This document shows positions 1 through 13,710 of a stretch of DNA of 64,000 bases, in pieces (position 1 is the stretch's first letter; every line of letters begins with the position of its first letter). This DNA comes from Amoebidium appalachense (taxonomy: Eukaryota > Protista > Ichthyosporea), in contig CAVNZM010000005.1 in the NCBI GenBank assembly GCA_963693365.1, positions 6,207,167 through 6,271,166 on the forward strand, given 5' to 3'. The notes beneath the pieces are model-generated. The model had not been told where the DNA came from. It searched no databases and saw nothing but the letters and a program-made list of their open reading frames with translations. The translations under genes were made by a program, and so were the position numbers.

Positions 1-95
1 TTCGGCAGAGATCTTCCTCTCGAAGAAGAGGATGGTCTTTCCATCGGCAGTGCTGTACGTGACGTTGCAGGCAGACAGAGCATTCTGGTCAGCCT

Positions 96-149
<54 letters not shown>

Positions 150-628
150 GGGAGAACATGGGTCATGCTTACATATATGTGACACACACACCACGCTTAA
201 CATGGCAGGACCCAACCACACACATGGTCAGACGTTCCAACAGCTGTTGTTGTTGTGTCCCTTCTTCTCCCCACCTTTCTACCTTCAACCCTTGCACCCA
301 ACCTCTGGATTCCCGGACCCACACTCAAAGGCCTTACGGCATGTACGCACATCAGTGCACGCACAACAGTGCACACACCTACACACACACATGCACACAC
401 ATGCACACACATGCACACACATGCACACACATGCACACACATGCACACACATGTACACACATGCACACACGTACACGCACCTTGGGCTGCACGGTGTTCT
501 CGCTCTCTCCCGAGAGAGTGTAGTCCCGAACCTTGCCCGTGGTGACGTCACCAATCACGGCAGTGGCTGGGTACATCTTGCCTGAGCGCTGGCTGAATCC
601 AACACCAAACCTGGTGTGTGTGTGTGCG

Positions 629-676
<48 letters not shown>

Positions 677-822
677 TGGAGGGGGATGGGGGGGGGGGGA
701 GGTGGGGGGGGGGGCTGTCAGTAAGGCAGGCACACAATACATTGTACCTTTCTCCCAGCATGTGGGTGAGGAGCCGACAAAATTGGGAGGGGGGTGTGTT
801 GCATATAAGCAGCCATACGAGC

Positions 823-869
<47 letters not shown>

Positions 870-3836
870 ACGCACACACACACACACCACACACACACCT
901 GTGCCCACCCTCTCCGCCCCACCCCCACACAAACACACACACACACATACACGCACGTACACACACGCACGTACACACACACACACACACACACGTACAC
1001 ACCCATTTACACTCACCAGCCCGCCTTCCTCTCGAGCACAAACTGAGCCTTGAGCACATCGCCGACAATCTGCCACGACGCCTTCACGTTACTCCCAAGG
1101 CTTGCCTGGTTTGCATACGCCATCGCACCAGAAAACTTATCCGCCGAACCCGTGGGAGTCGCCGATGGGGTAAGAGAAGCAGAGCCGGTAGAGGTGGGTT
1201 TCTGGATAGATTTACCGCACACACCCATGTTGACTTCTTTGCCGCCGCGGCTTGCGCCGTGGTTGCCCAGGGTGCCGGCGCCATAGGCCCAGATGAAGTT
1301 GGTGGTGCCGTTCTGTGTGTGTGTTGGGGGGGGGGGGAGGGGGGGGTTGAAGAGGGGGCAAGGGGAGTATTAGGGTTTACTAAGGGCTTGGCTTTTTTTA
1401 ACAAAATTGCGGCCCAGGAAAGCACACACAGGTGGATTTTATAGACAAACCTGAACAGTCTTAATCCAAAAAATATCCCCCCCCCCCCCCCCCCCAAACC
1501 CACCACCACCCACATACACAAACAAATTTCTCTCCCCTTCCACTTACCCACCTACCTGCACACAATAAGAAGTCGAAAAAGGTCAGGAAAGAAAACGAAA
1601 ATTCTTTACACCAACCCAAATCGCCCCACGTACACTGCCGTTTTAACTTACAAGATTTATGTTGGTGTTTGCATCACCCAGGGCCCGAGTAAAGGTCAGC
1701 ACCGTCTTTCCATCCTTGACCGCAATCGCCGATTTCGAGACTCCGTTCTGGCTTGGTGCCCGGTTAACCCCTGCCTCAGACTCCGCAGTCAAGACGTACT
1801 CCGACACCTGTGCAATCACGTTAGTAAAAAGAAATGTCCAGTGCTCATTCAAAATCATCTATTCCTTCTAAACATGCATTAATCCTACGTACTACATGGC
1901 CATTTACATAGCCAATGATATCAGTTATTAAATCTTAAAATGTTTTTCTTAAAAAAATTTTAATTCCGCACCGCGTACCTGACCGTTGCCGACGGTGCCG
2001 ACGAAAGCAGTGGCCGGGGCCATGCTCTCAGGCTCCTTGGCCATGCCCAGAGAAAACCTGTGTGTGTGTATGTGTGGTGGTGATGGTGGTGGTGGGGGGG
2101 AATGATAGACGTGTGTTAGTCTATATTTCGGTGGGGAACATAAGAACCTATTTATCTTAGTCAAGGTCAAAAGTAGGATGTTCGTATATGCTCCACTCTT
2201 ACACCGCAGAAAACAACAACCAACAACCAAACAGTGCTCACACGAATCAGCCTCATGTACATATATATAGCCGCCACCTTTAATACCCCACAAACACATT
2301 AAAATACAAAAAATAACCAAAAAAATATCCGAAGAAAGCCCAATCAAGAAACACCATCCACCGCCCCCTTTAAAATCACACACACAACCATGACCATCCA
2401 AAATTGTTTTCCAAAACATCCAAAAAACTATCCACCCTAAACCTTAAAATCACTCACCATCCAGTGACCGCCCTAGCCAGCACGGCCTTAAAGTTCACGT
2501 TGTTGTCCTCCGTCTTCCAATACACCGTCACCTCGTCATCCAACTTAGCCATTGACGAATAATCCGCATCATTGCTCGCACACGAATCACCGCCGGCGGC
2601 GGGCGTGGGGGAAGCGGCGGGGGTGCTCGAAGCGGGGGGGTTTGTCGTCCCGGCGGCCGAATTATCGGCGCTCTTGGGGCATTTTCCGAGGTCGCCAGCC
2701 CCTGTGCCGTAATTCTTTCCATGGAACCCCAGATTTCCGTTGCCGGCGGCCCAAATGAGGTTGGCCTTCTTGGACACAGTGACAAATTCGTCCTCTGCGT
2801 TGGTGAGTAGCTTGCGGGTGAAGTAGAGGACGGTTTTGCCCCCCTCTGTGGTGACTTTACCGGACACGAGGTTCTTCTGGTTGTCCTGTGGTGCATTTCA
2901 TTGGTCAGAAACTCAAGTAACCAACCGGATTGATGGGTATAAATTTAGTTCTACACCCGGAGTTTACAACTTACAGTGGCTCACACCATTAAGCTAGAAT
3001 GACTACTGCAAGGAAATTTTACTTCGAAAATGCAATGACGGGAATGTACAGGACAGTTCCTAATTTACAATTGCAGACTTTAAGTGGTAATAGAAGTGGT
3101 CGGGTGAAACCTACACATAAACTCGTACATGAAAACGAACAACGCGTTATTTCGTGTTTTGCTCTCTGGTTCAATAAACATTTGTGTTATTTCAAACTTT
3201 TACTCTCTAATTCATTTTGTTCTACAACTGAAAGCGTGTTGTTTCAAACTCTTTACTCTATGATTCATGTTGTTCTATGTACGACTAAAAGCACTGCTAA
3301 GCCAATGGAAACGCGAGTTTAATAATTTATTCTAGACACAGTATCAGTACTTACCGCAGGGCGCACACCGCTCTCCTTTGTGGACGAGAGGAAGTACTCA
3401 GTGACTTTTCCAGTGGAGACGTCACCAATAAAAGCATTGGCTGGGTGCATTTCCTTGGGCTCCTCCCCGAACCCAACAGACACCCTGTGTGTGTGTGTGT
3501 ACGTGGTGAGTGGGTGTGTGGGTATGCGTGTGTGCGGGGGGGGGGGGAGAGGGGGGGGGGAAGAGAGGGTTGGGAGGGGGAGGGGGGTTGGGGGGGCAGG
3601 GGGGGGGTTGCAATCCTTGTATATGCTCCGAATCAGTCGGTCACTACCGTCATGATCTTGCGATGACTTTCCTTCAAGTATGCATATTTCTTGGTAGTTG
3701 GCATTGTAAGAAAAAACGACCAGCGCGCCCATGGCCATGACCCTGGGCCATAACCTTCAACTGAAGATTGGGTTTGGTGTTGGTTTGTTTTTCTTTTTCT
3801 CTTCTTTTCTTTTCTTTTTTTCTTTTTTTTATGGGG

Positions 3837-3873
<37 letters not shown>

Positions 3874-4222
3874 GGGGAGGGCTTTGGAGGGGGGAGAGGG
3901 GGGGCGCTCCAGGGGGGAAAGGGGGGGAGGGGAGGGGGCCAGGGTGTGTGTGGGAAGGGCAGAGCGGGTAGGGGTTGGGGGGGCGGGGGGGGGGGGGGGG
4001 GGGGGGGGAGGGGGGAGGAATAGTAGCATACCATCCCTTCCACTGTTGGGAGAACACGGCCTTGCCAACAATGGTATCCCCCTGGATGCCATAGCTGAAC
4101 TCCACAGACCCGTCGCCCTTACCCCCCAGACTCAGCTTGTGGGGGGTGGGTCCATTCGTGTTTCCGCATTGCTGCGCATTTGCAGCAGTAGCCGCAACAA
4201 GGGCCAAAAGAGCTCTTTTTTT

Positions 4223-4271
<49 letters not shown>

Positions 4272-4536
4272 TGGAGGAGGGGGAGATGGGAGAGGGAAGG
4301 GGGGGATGTGGGTAAGAATGTGTAATGAAGGGAGCATGTGGTTTCTGTGTGTGTGTGTGGTTTGTGGAATGTGTTGTGTGTGAGAGGGGGAAATAGAGGG
4401 GGGAAGGGGGGGGGAGGGGGGGGGGGGGGGGGGGGGAGGATTCTCAGTGTCACACTTCGATGCCTGCAAGTGCGCGGTGCTCCTGTGCGTCTGTGTGCTT
4501 GTAGAGAGTGCATGCACGTCTGTTTTCGTAGAGCGT

Positions 4537-4622
<86 letters not shown>

Positions 4623-4889
4623 GTGTGAATGGTGTGAAGCAGTGTTGGTATGAAGTTGTGAATATATCTTTCTGTGTGTGTGTATGTGTGCGCATGTCAG
4701 TGTGTGTGCCTTATGCGAGTGTGTAGGTCCACGTGTTTATGCCAGTGCATTACAGTGTGTGTGTGTGTCCGTTCGCTGTGTGCACGTGTGCTATGGTGGA
4801 CATGTGCATGTATGACTCACAAGGTTTGCGTACGGTGTGTACATGTGTGTGCGTGCACGTCCTAGTGTGCCTGTGTGGGTGTGTGTGAC

Positions 4890-4949
<60 letters not shown>

Positions 4950-5216
4950 TCACATGTATACTGGTCTGTGTGTTTGTGTGTGCGTGCTGGTGTGTGTGTC
5001 AGATGTGAGTATGCTTTCTCCAAAAAAGAACATGGTTTTCTTATGCGGCCGCATTCAAATGCACATGCTGTCACCAACCAACAGAAAAGAAAACGTCCCG
5101 GTATGTCCTTTCGGGCCATCGTTTTTCCAGTCCCGACTGACTTACTCAGCAACGAATCTTATATATATTTGAAAACACACTGTGAATAAGTCACCTACAT
5201 TTGTACATCTCTTCAT
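1..5216 (-). CDS. Secreted multi-DOMON (heme-binding type) protein, at least 3 tandem DOMON domains; continues past the left window edge
   Basis: Exons 5216-5195, 4212-4032, 3484-3355, 2885-2458, 2057-1979, 1807-1652, 1312-1017, 610-481 and 93-<1 all have GT..AG boundaries and keep frame. The product starts with a signal peptide ([23 protein letters not shown]). It then repeats DOMON motifs: GW(V/F)(S/G)(V/L)G, M-x-P-A-x-A-x-(I/V)-G, K-T-(V/I)-L-x-F-x-R and IWAxG...H. Confidence 0.88.
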
Positions 5217-6462
5217 TTTCCGGCGGAGTCACTAAACACAGAAAGAACCCGAAATAGTAATGCATTAAGTCCACCAACATTGAAAGCATCGCAACACAAC
5301 CCCTTCACGAACACCGTAGGCTACAAAACTCCAAAATGCTTTGTGTGGGGGCGTTACAGGATCGACTTCGCCCACAGAACTTGGGTAATCGCGTTACCTT
5401 CTCAGCATTTTCGTTTCACCCCTTTCACTCAAACGTGGAACGTTGTCTTCCTTCGTCTTCCCTTGAGCCCTTTCGCTGATGGAAGGGTTTTCGAAGGAGA
5501 CTGAGGCACATAGGCGCGACTTTCAGCGCTTAATAGGTTAGCTATAGATCCAAAGTTGAACTTACATCAGAAGGAGCCAATCAGCGTTAGCAATAGTTTT
5601 AGGACATCCAATCAGCAATTGCTGACCCACTGGAATTCCCGAAGGGATCACGCTCGCTTGATCAGGCAAACTGTGTGCGGGAGCCTCGGCCAAGACTCAA
5701 TAGCGAGCGACCCACGCCTGAGAATTTTTCCTTTTGCGGGTTTTCTGCTGTTTTTGTCTGTTACAGTTGAAATCTTTTTTTAGACTCTTTATCAGTATTC
5801 ACATTGCCAACCTGCGTGTAATCAAGAGAACAAATCCCGGATCTGTCAGCGAATCATTGAATGACCAATCATCGAAGCCCCAGCAATGAGGCGCACGACA
5901 CCGCGTTGCAGGTGGGGAAATGGGTCGATCCAAAGCATCGCCAGAAACGCTGGTGGAAACAAATAAACGCCTACTTATTTTCTATATTTTTATGATTACA
6001 CCTTGTGTGTACTTTACTAGGAGCGTGGGACGCTTTAGGGGATTACACTGTTGTTTCGCAGACCGTTCAAATTCAATTCAAAGTGGTATCAGTCATGGAG
6101 GGGCGTTAGCCATGACGACGTCGACATTCCCCGCGGGCGGGGAACCGAGGCCCTCGTCACGTGACTTGTCCGAACTCCGTACCCGGCAAGCCCAATGAAT
6201 AGCCTTTTATGATTATTCGCCTGTTTTGGGCCTATTGATTGGTGTATAGCTAGTCCGATTCGTCGAACCGGATTGCGTTTGGATCCGCTCCGCGATTCTG
6301 TGCCCTGTGGGACTTAACGTTTTAAACGTGAGCTTATGATTGGCAATAGATTCGAATATGTCTGGCGGTTATGATTGGCGAATACATTTGAAAAGATCCG
6401 GCGCTGCGCCAGCAATTGTTACCAGCGCCGGATTGGCGCGGCGGTTGACGGGAGATTCAAAA

Positions 6463-6659
6463 GGGGTTTACGCTGTTTACTCGAGGCAAAGAGAACCAGT
6501 CTCAGGTATGGGGGGGGGGGGGGTTTGCTCGGAATATCCCCTCAGCGGTATATCATGATCACGTACATAGATGTCGGGTGGTGACTATATATCAGGGTTT
6601 ACTTTCTCTACGAGACACCATAAAGACTACAAGGAGAAATCAATTAGTTGGGGTTCCCC

Positions 6660-6701
<42 letters not shown>

Positions 6702-6734
6702 GGGCTCCCCCTCGGGACACTCGGTATCAGCTGG

Positions 6735-6783
<49 letters not shown>

Positions 6784-6900
6784 TGTGTGTGTGTGCGCGT
6801 GCGCTATAATTTTGTAGTGATGTGTTTCTCAAGCCAATCAATACATCTAATAAACAGGTCGTAGGTACGCGTGTTTAGTATAAACACGCGTAACTACGTG
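6463..6900 (-). mobile_element. Heavily 5'-truncated copy of the family-1 non-LTR retrotransposon (last ORF codons, (CA)n, A-tract, 3' module)
   Basis: Nearly identical to 45152-45564. Flanked by a 7-bp direct repeat TTCAAAA (6456-6462 and 6901-6907). An 18-nt inverted segment lies at the 5' junction (6881-6898). Confidence 0.88.
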
Positions 6901-7909
6901 TTCAAAATGGCGATCGTGTTATTGTTTGAAGTGCACGTGTGAGATTGAGCCGGCATCTGATTGGCGAACGGGTTTTTTTAAATTAGGTCTTGGAATGTGT
7001 CCAGATAACGCGAGGGCTTTCTCGGGTCGAGCCCCGTGTACACCCCGGCGAGCCCGACGGGGGTGTAGCGACCTGGGCGAGCCCCGGGCCGAGAGCAGCA
7101 AGGCCCGGGAGCGAGCCTCGACGCCCCTCCATGATTTCCAGGAGAAGCTGCTGGAAGGCAGCATCGCACTGGAAACTACCAGCTCGTTCGGTAGATGGAT
7201 CTTGGAACATTCTAAGAAAAGAAGCAGATGATTGGCGGACTTAAAATAGATCCCAAGATCCAGCCCGGCGCCGAAAAATTCGAATCAAGCCGAGTCACGA
7301 CGTGTCACGCGGCTCACGCCCCGCCCGGGCCCAGTTGCTAGGTGAAGTTTGCTGTAGGGTTGTGTGTACGCACGTGTTCTTTGGGACAGATTTAGCAGGC
7401 AAGGAGCAGGCCTATGTACCTAATGCTATCGAGCCTGGCTGTCACAGTCGTCGAGGTGACAATTTACGTTCATATTTACACAGCTGCTTTCACTGTATGA
7501 TTTAGTTAGGGTGATATATGCCATAGTTGGTTATGTGAGTCAGCTCTGAGTAAGCAGCACCAGATCTATAGTAACAAGTAGGTCTGTGCGCCGGCTGTCG
7601 CCGGCGCCAAAACATAACGAAACAGTTATTGATGTTGGGTTGTGTGGTTGTTACCTCCCTCCCCCCCTCCCCCCGCCCCCCTCCCCTCCCTGGCCCCCCC
7701 GCCTCACGCTCCCCCCCCCCCCCCCCCCCCCCCCCCCCAAATCCTGCAGTTGCCGGATCTGCCAAATGTTATGACCCTTTTCCCTTTCATTTAACCCCCC
7801 CCCCCCCCCCCCCCCATCCCCCCCCCCCCCCCCCCCCCCCCTCCTTTCTTGCCCCCCTCCCACGGGGGACCCTCAGGGGCAGTGGCGGCGGTAGCACACT
7901 ATGTATTCC

Positions 7910-7948
<39 letters not shown>

Positions 7949-8380
7949 TCGAAATTGCAAAGTGAGGGGATGGGTATGAGCAAATGACGTGTGTGTGTGT
8001 GTGCATGTTTGTGTGTGTGTGAATGTGTGTGTGTGGGCCAAGTGAAGGTTGTATGCGTTTTTGTCTTCTTAGTTGTTTTTGTATTCTATTCGATTATTAC
8101 TTTGTGTGTACATGTGGAAAAAAAACAAATAACAAAAAAAATTACCAATGACCACCGCCCAGCTTGAATCACCCTAGCTCTAGTGTAAAAAAAATAATCA
8201 TTATCAGCCACAAACCCTTCTAGTACACTCGCCCTAAATGTCATATTCACATTACTGAGTTGATTTAGTTGTGTTTTAATTAACTCTATTTTTTTTTCAA
8301 CAACTGTCTGCCTATAGCTATTAAAACATTAAAATGTACATGTGTTTGTGTGTGTGTGTGTGTGTGTGTGCCACGGCCGG

Positions 8381-8445
<65 letters not shown>

Positions 8446-8479
8446 ATATAGAATTTACCGTCCTCATCCCCGTGTCCCC

Positions 8480-8866
8480 CTAAACCGGTGTTAGCAGACC
8501 TTTAAGGTTTTTGTGATTGGATAACAAGTGCATACTGAGATACCTGAACACTGTGTGAAAATCATATAAATACTCAATGTGACGACCAACAGAATTCAAC
8601 AAAAAGTCTAAAGTGGTCACATTGCCAGCCAGTGTAGCAGACACCCGTAGGGAAAGAGGTAAAACGCGACATAAAAACTCACACCTATCAACATGCTTGC
8701 GATTATTAATAAAAAGTTCAGCACAAAAGTGGCACCAGCGGCGATGAAAACAAAAATTACAACGCCACTGCACAACTTCCCAGGCAATATCAACATCAGA
8801 GCACCATACAGACTTATCTACTAGGGTGGTATCCATACGTACAGCAGGAGAAATATATCCTGCCAA
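8480..8866 (-). mobile_element. C-terminal fragment of a diverged relative of the family-1 retroelement ORF
   Basis: GYISPAVRMDTTLVD...VVQWRCN...C..C...NRKHVDRC...NVTTLDFLLN aligns by eye with YILPSCRTGLSLAD...AIQWRSN...C...FNRSCIAKC...NYNILDFILN of ORF 45485-47374. It is likewise followed by a (CA)n run after the stop codon. Confidence 0.7.
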
Positions 8867-9314
8867 CCCAAAAAGCGATAATGATCAGTACCGTGTTGCT
8901 TATAAGGAACATAACACATGCCGACTGAGTTTTACCTTTGATTTCTCTATCAGAACGAGAAAGAAACTTATACTGCGTATGGTAATAACGCGAAAAGGCA
9001 GAAAAAACAGGAAGAGAAAAGAAAGAGGGAGTGAGATAGCGAGAGCACTAGAATAATCAGGTTGAATAAGGGTAGGCTGAGGACATTCAGAAGTAGCGTT
9101 GGTGAATCGGGGGGGAAGAGGGATGGAGGGAGGGGGGGGAAAGAAAGCATAAGGTGGGTGACCATCAGGTATCCTAACTAAATGAAAACAAAAACGAAGA
9201 GACAATTCCTCCATACGACAAACAGCAGATGACAATTAAAGGGGAGAGGTACTACAGATGTGGTGGCGATGCACCGTGACGCAGCGCGCTGTGTGCTGGT
9301 GCTCTTGTGTTGGT

Positions 9315-9358
<44 letters not shown>

Positions 9359-9409
9359 GGGGTAGGGTGGGTGGGTGAGTGGGTGTACATGTGTGTGTGT
9401 GTTTTTTTT

Positions 9410-9454
<45 letters not shown>

Positions 9455-9988
9455 TACCTTAACTTATAAAGGGAGATCAGAGAGAACACCCTGACCGGAT
9501 GCATGTACATGTACAGTAACAGTGTTTGAGGCCGTTTTTTTCATAGTATATTATTATTATTATTATTATTATTATTTCCGGAGGGAGGGGGGGGGGAGGG
9601 GGTGAGAGCGGGGGGGGGGGGGGGGGGGGGGAAGGGGGGGGGGGGGGGGGGGCACCGTCGTACTCCATTTGGGCACGTGTGTGCATGTGCCACGAAACGT
9701 ATACCCCTAGGCCTGTGTGCTACTTTTTGTGCGTATTGTGAATGGCTGGGTGAATTTTTGTGATAGCATGATCATTGGGACAAGTGGCCGGGGGGGGATT
9801 GGGGGAGGGGGGGGGGAGAAGGGAGGGTGAGGGAGGAGGGGGGAGGTAAGGGGGAAGGGGGTGAAGGGGGGCGGGGCAGGGGGGTGGGGATGGGGGGGGT
9901 GGACGGAAGGCAGCGTAACGGAGGAAATATCGAGGCGGTGGGAGAGAAATAGATGGGGGTTTAAATTGCATGGATCTTATTTGTGGCG

Positions 9989-10202
9989 GCGGCGTGGCTG
10001 GGGTGAATACCCTGGGCTAAGTGTGTGCAAATAGTTAGGGTTGTTTAAGGATGTGTTAGCTTAGCTAATAATACCGTAGCACCCTAGCTAGAGTACTATC
10101 GGTGCTGGGTGGAGACGGTAGTTCCCCCTGAGGCCCCAAGAGGTCCCTCCGGGAACAAAACGGGAAAAAAAAACCAAAAAAAAAAAAACAACAAAAAAAA
10201 AC
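9989..10202 (+). mobile_element. Short retroposed copy of the family-2 3' module with A-rich tail
   Basis: Homologous to 60538-60710 (GGCGTGGCTGGGGT...TAGCACC...GGTGCTG...GACGGTAGTT...CCGGGAACAAAACG). Ends in an A-rich tail and is flanked by a 10-bp TSD ATTTGTGGCG (9979-9988 and 10203-10212). Confidence 0.85.
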
Positions 10203-10366
10203 ATTTGTGGCGTGGAGAGGCACTGCGAAATGATTATCTCTCACCCACCAGGACGTTAATATTGAACGGTTGGAGGGAAATGATGTTTGTGTGTGTGGCA
10301 TGTGTGTACGTAGCTTGTGTGTGTTGTGCACAGTGTGTGTGTGCGTGCGTGTGTGTGTGTGTATGA

Positions 10367-10401
<35 letters not shown>

Positions 10402-10403
10402 AC

Positions 10404-10508
<105 letters not shown>

Positions 10509-11539
10509 ACGTGCGTGTGTGTGCACGTGTGTGCGTGTGTGTGCGTGTGTGTGGGTGTGTGGGTGTGTTGGCATGTGTGGATGTGTGTGTGGGTGTTTGG
10601 GTGTGTGTGTGTGTGCGTGTGTGGGCGGTGTAGGTGTGCACACTCAGTGGTGGGTATGTGTGAAATGTTCCGAAAGTTTTTGTTTATTAATTTTTTTTCA
10701 TTTGGGATATCAGGAGGGTTAGGGAGGCCCGGAGGGGGGGGGGGGGGGGGGGGGAAGGGGGGGGGGGGGGGGGGGGGAGGAGGAGGGGAGGGATGGTACC
10801 TCATAGTCCCACTGCACTGCATTAAGTACTTGGGTATGTGTAGTTATTCATTTTAGAGAGGGCAAGGTGACAGACGGGATCTCCTATCAGGCTAGTACTA
10901 CGAAGAAGTTCAACCTCCAGGAGTGAAGCAGCACTGAGAATAAAAACAAAAGCTTGAATAGCTATAGTCACGGGTCTTTTTGCAGTGCACTCTGACTAGA
11001 AAACCGTTCACAGAGCTCATCGTGCCTAGGACCATGATTTTATACTGAGTTTGAAACAACATTCGTTGGATAGTCTTAATGTCACCTCGGAGAAAATTTG
11101 TATATAATATATGCTTGTTGACGGTGGCATTATGATTTGCATAAGGGTGATGAACTTCACTTCACATTTGAAAATACATCTTTCTCTTCCGAGTTTGTTT
11201 CGATAGTATCTCGTGCTGCTCCCAGAGGTACAACCTCACGCGGGACGTACATTATCATAAATGAACACACGACTCAGTAGGTGACTTCATCATATATTTG
11301 TCTTCTGTATACTATGATAATTATAGCTCTCAGGGCATAATTGGCGCGCGTATTAACACAGAAATTGAAACGTTCACCAACCTGAAATCAGTTTACAACA
11401 CAACAAGGGAGGTACCGGTAGCCCTGGTTCTTTGCAGTTGCATCAGATCTCAAAGGTACTTTTACAACACTACTGATTGGTAGTGTTAAATACATTAATA
11501 CTCATCATCCCAGGACACAAAAACCTACATAAGTCGGCT

Positions 11540-12096
11540 CTATTTCCCACCAAATTTAACCTCTGTGCTGTCGTCATCAGCCGCTCTCCGCGACCTTCTC
11601 ACGGCCACCAATGCAATGAGTGCCACAAACGCCACCACCATTCCCGCGCCAGCCAGCCCTGTCAGTGCCTCGTGCGCGTCACTGCCACCAACGGCCGGGG
11701 CTTCTGCCGCGGCCACACGTGCGAGCAGCCACAGCGTGCGGCAAGGCCCCGGCGGGGAGTTCGCTGGTCAGCAGAGACGGCAGAGAGGGCACGTGGGCAG
11801 AGGCAGCATGCGGCACACTGGGGGGTGGCTGGGGGGGAGCAGCCAGCACACTCGAGCCGACATCAAAGTGCATATGGTCGGCGCTGGTGTCGGACGGAGG
11901 GTCGGCAGCTACGGCCGTGGCGGGTGGCTGGGCCTGTGGTGCATGGACGTCGGCGGGGATGGACCAGATGGGCCAGGTGTCGGGCTCAGCGGATGCAAGG
12001 TCAAGGTGGACGCTGGGGATGACGTCACGGCTCAAGGCTTGCGCAATTCCTGATATCTTTGTTGCCCGGCTTCCCTTTGCTATGGCTGTGACCCAT
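11540..12096 (-). pseudogene. Frameshifted paralog of the MGxxxS / C-terminal-TM gene at 16833
   Basis: High nucleotide similarity to 16833-17369, with the same Kozak GCCACCATGG and upstream CTGATTGGCTAACGTT motif. A net +10 nt insertion gives an early stop (MGHSHSKGKPGNKDIRNCASLEP*), and there is a further +1 indel. Confidence 0.75.
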
Positions 12097-12259
12097 GGTG
12101 GCGGTTATGGTCCAAAGGGCTCAGGGGGGGGGAAAGGAGAAAGGTTGGGAGTAGGAATGTTCCTTCGCTATAGCGCTGTTGTTTTGATCGGAGTGACCTG
12201 CGCATTGTATGTACGGATATATTTAGTACCTAAGCACCACCAACGTTAGCCAATCAGCT

Positions 12260-13150
12260 GTGGCTGTGGGTTTGTGTACAGATTGGAATGTGTTGACGTC
12301 CAGGGCATGCAATTCGCTCAAGCTCCTTGAGCACCAGTGTTCCCCACCACCATGTAATAGTTATTGCATACACAAGCGTGTCACATAGTAGCAGCGGCGC
12401 CGCATGCAAATACAAGAAATAGCCATGAGCAATGATAATATGCATTAAGTAGTTCATAAGCACATTTATTATACATCAAGTTTGTACAGGGCCTGAGCAA
12501 ACGCAGGGTATGAAGCGTTCGCCCGTTTTGTCATCGGATCGCAGATTTCTGCCGAGTGCACGTGAGCCGCGTTTCTGCACAAGCAACTGGCGGAGAGGAG
12601 CAGATGGAGGGGTGACAAGTAAACAGACCCCCATCCCCCCCCCCCCCCCCCCCCCCCTCGGGTTACCTCGGTGGCACCCTTGAAATGGGGCCGCAGAGTG
12701 CTTGTGGTAGTCTAAGAGCTGTAGCTACCTTCCCTACCCATCATACATATGTACCTTAAAGCTTCCTCCTCTGCAACCCCCAGCCCTTCCCCTCCCTTCT
12801 ATCCGCCGTCCACGAGTCCCCCCTTGCTTTCTCAGCCCGCACCCGTCCCCCTCCCCCCCCCCCCTCCCCAACCCCACCACCACCACCACCCCCCTCCCCA
12901 ACCCCACCACCACCACCACCAACCCGTCCCCCACCGCCCCCTCCCTTCCCCACCCGGCCCCTTCCCACCCAGCCTACATACGGTCCTCTCGACCTATTAA
13001 AGCTCATATCCAATCCGCACATTTTTTCGTTGTTTGACTGCCAATCGATGGGGCTCATAAACACGACCTTAAACAGGCAGAAAGAAACCCGCTTCCCCCG
13101 ACTTTTTTGACCTCTCTCAGCTCTCTCTCCCTCCTCCCCCCCTCCCCCCT

Positions 13151-13202
<52 letters not shown>

Positions 13203-13242
13203 CTCTTTCCCCTCCCCCCCCCCCCCCCCCTCTCTTCCCCCC

Positions 13243-13280
<38 letters not shown>

Positions 13281-13710
13281 TTGACCCCCTTCCCCTCCCT
13301 TGTGAATCTTGTTGCAGTTTTGAGGAAAGAGGGTGTGTTTCTGAAGCAATCGACAATAAGATGCATGTGAACACTGCGGAGTCAAAGTCATATTTTTGAT
13401 TGTCTGTGTGCATGTTGGGAGGTACGGGGGAGAGGTTACTTAGAGGTAAAGAGGGTATAGGAGGAGTATGTGGGGAGGGGTGGGGAGAGAGGGGGGGAGA
13501 GAGACAGCAAGTGAATGCATCTCCCCCCCTCCCTCCCTCCCTCCCCCCCCCCCCCCCCTGTTTTCTGCTCTCTGAGGATACAAGTTCTCTTTGGGATGGG
13601 GGGGGGGGGGGGGGGGGGGGGGATATTTTTATGGCCATCTTACAGAAGCATATGCGATTGCTTCTGCTTGTTGTTACATGAAAAAAATACTTTGTTGTTT
13701 TCTCCTGCTC
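12260..13710. repeat. Arm of an inverted segmental duplication (partner ~18655-20220); further remnant at ~21345-21420
   Basis: 12490-12580 matches the reverse complement of 19883-19967. 13300-13430 matches rc 18985-19117. 13620-13710 matches rc 18660-18750. 13043-13105 is directly repeated at 21345-21410. Confidence 0.8.

Noticed and set aside
10044-10052. TTAGGGTT as telomeric or telomerase-related sequence
   Set aside because: A single unit inside a paired stem of the 3' module, not conserved in the other copies.
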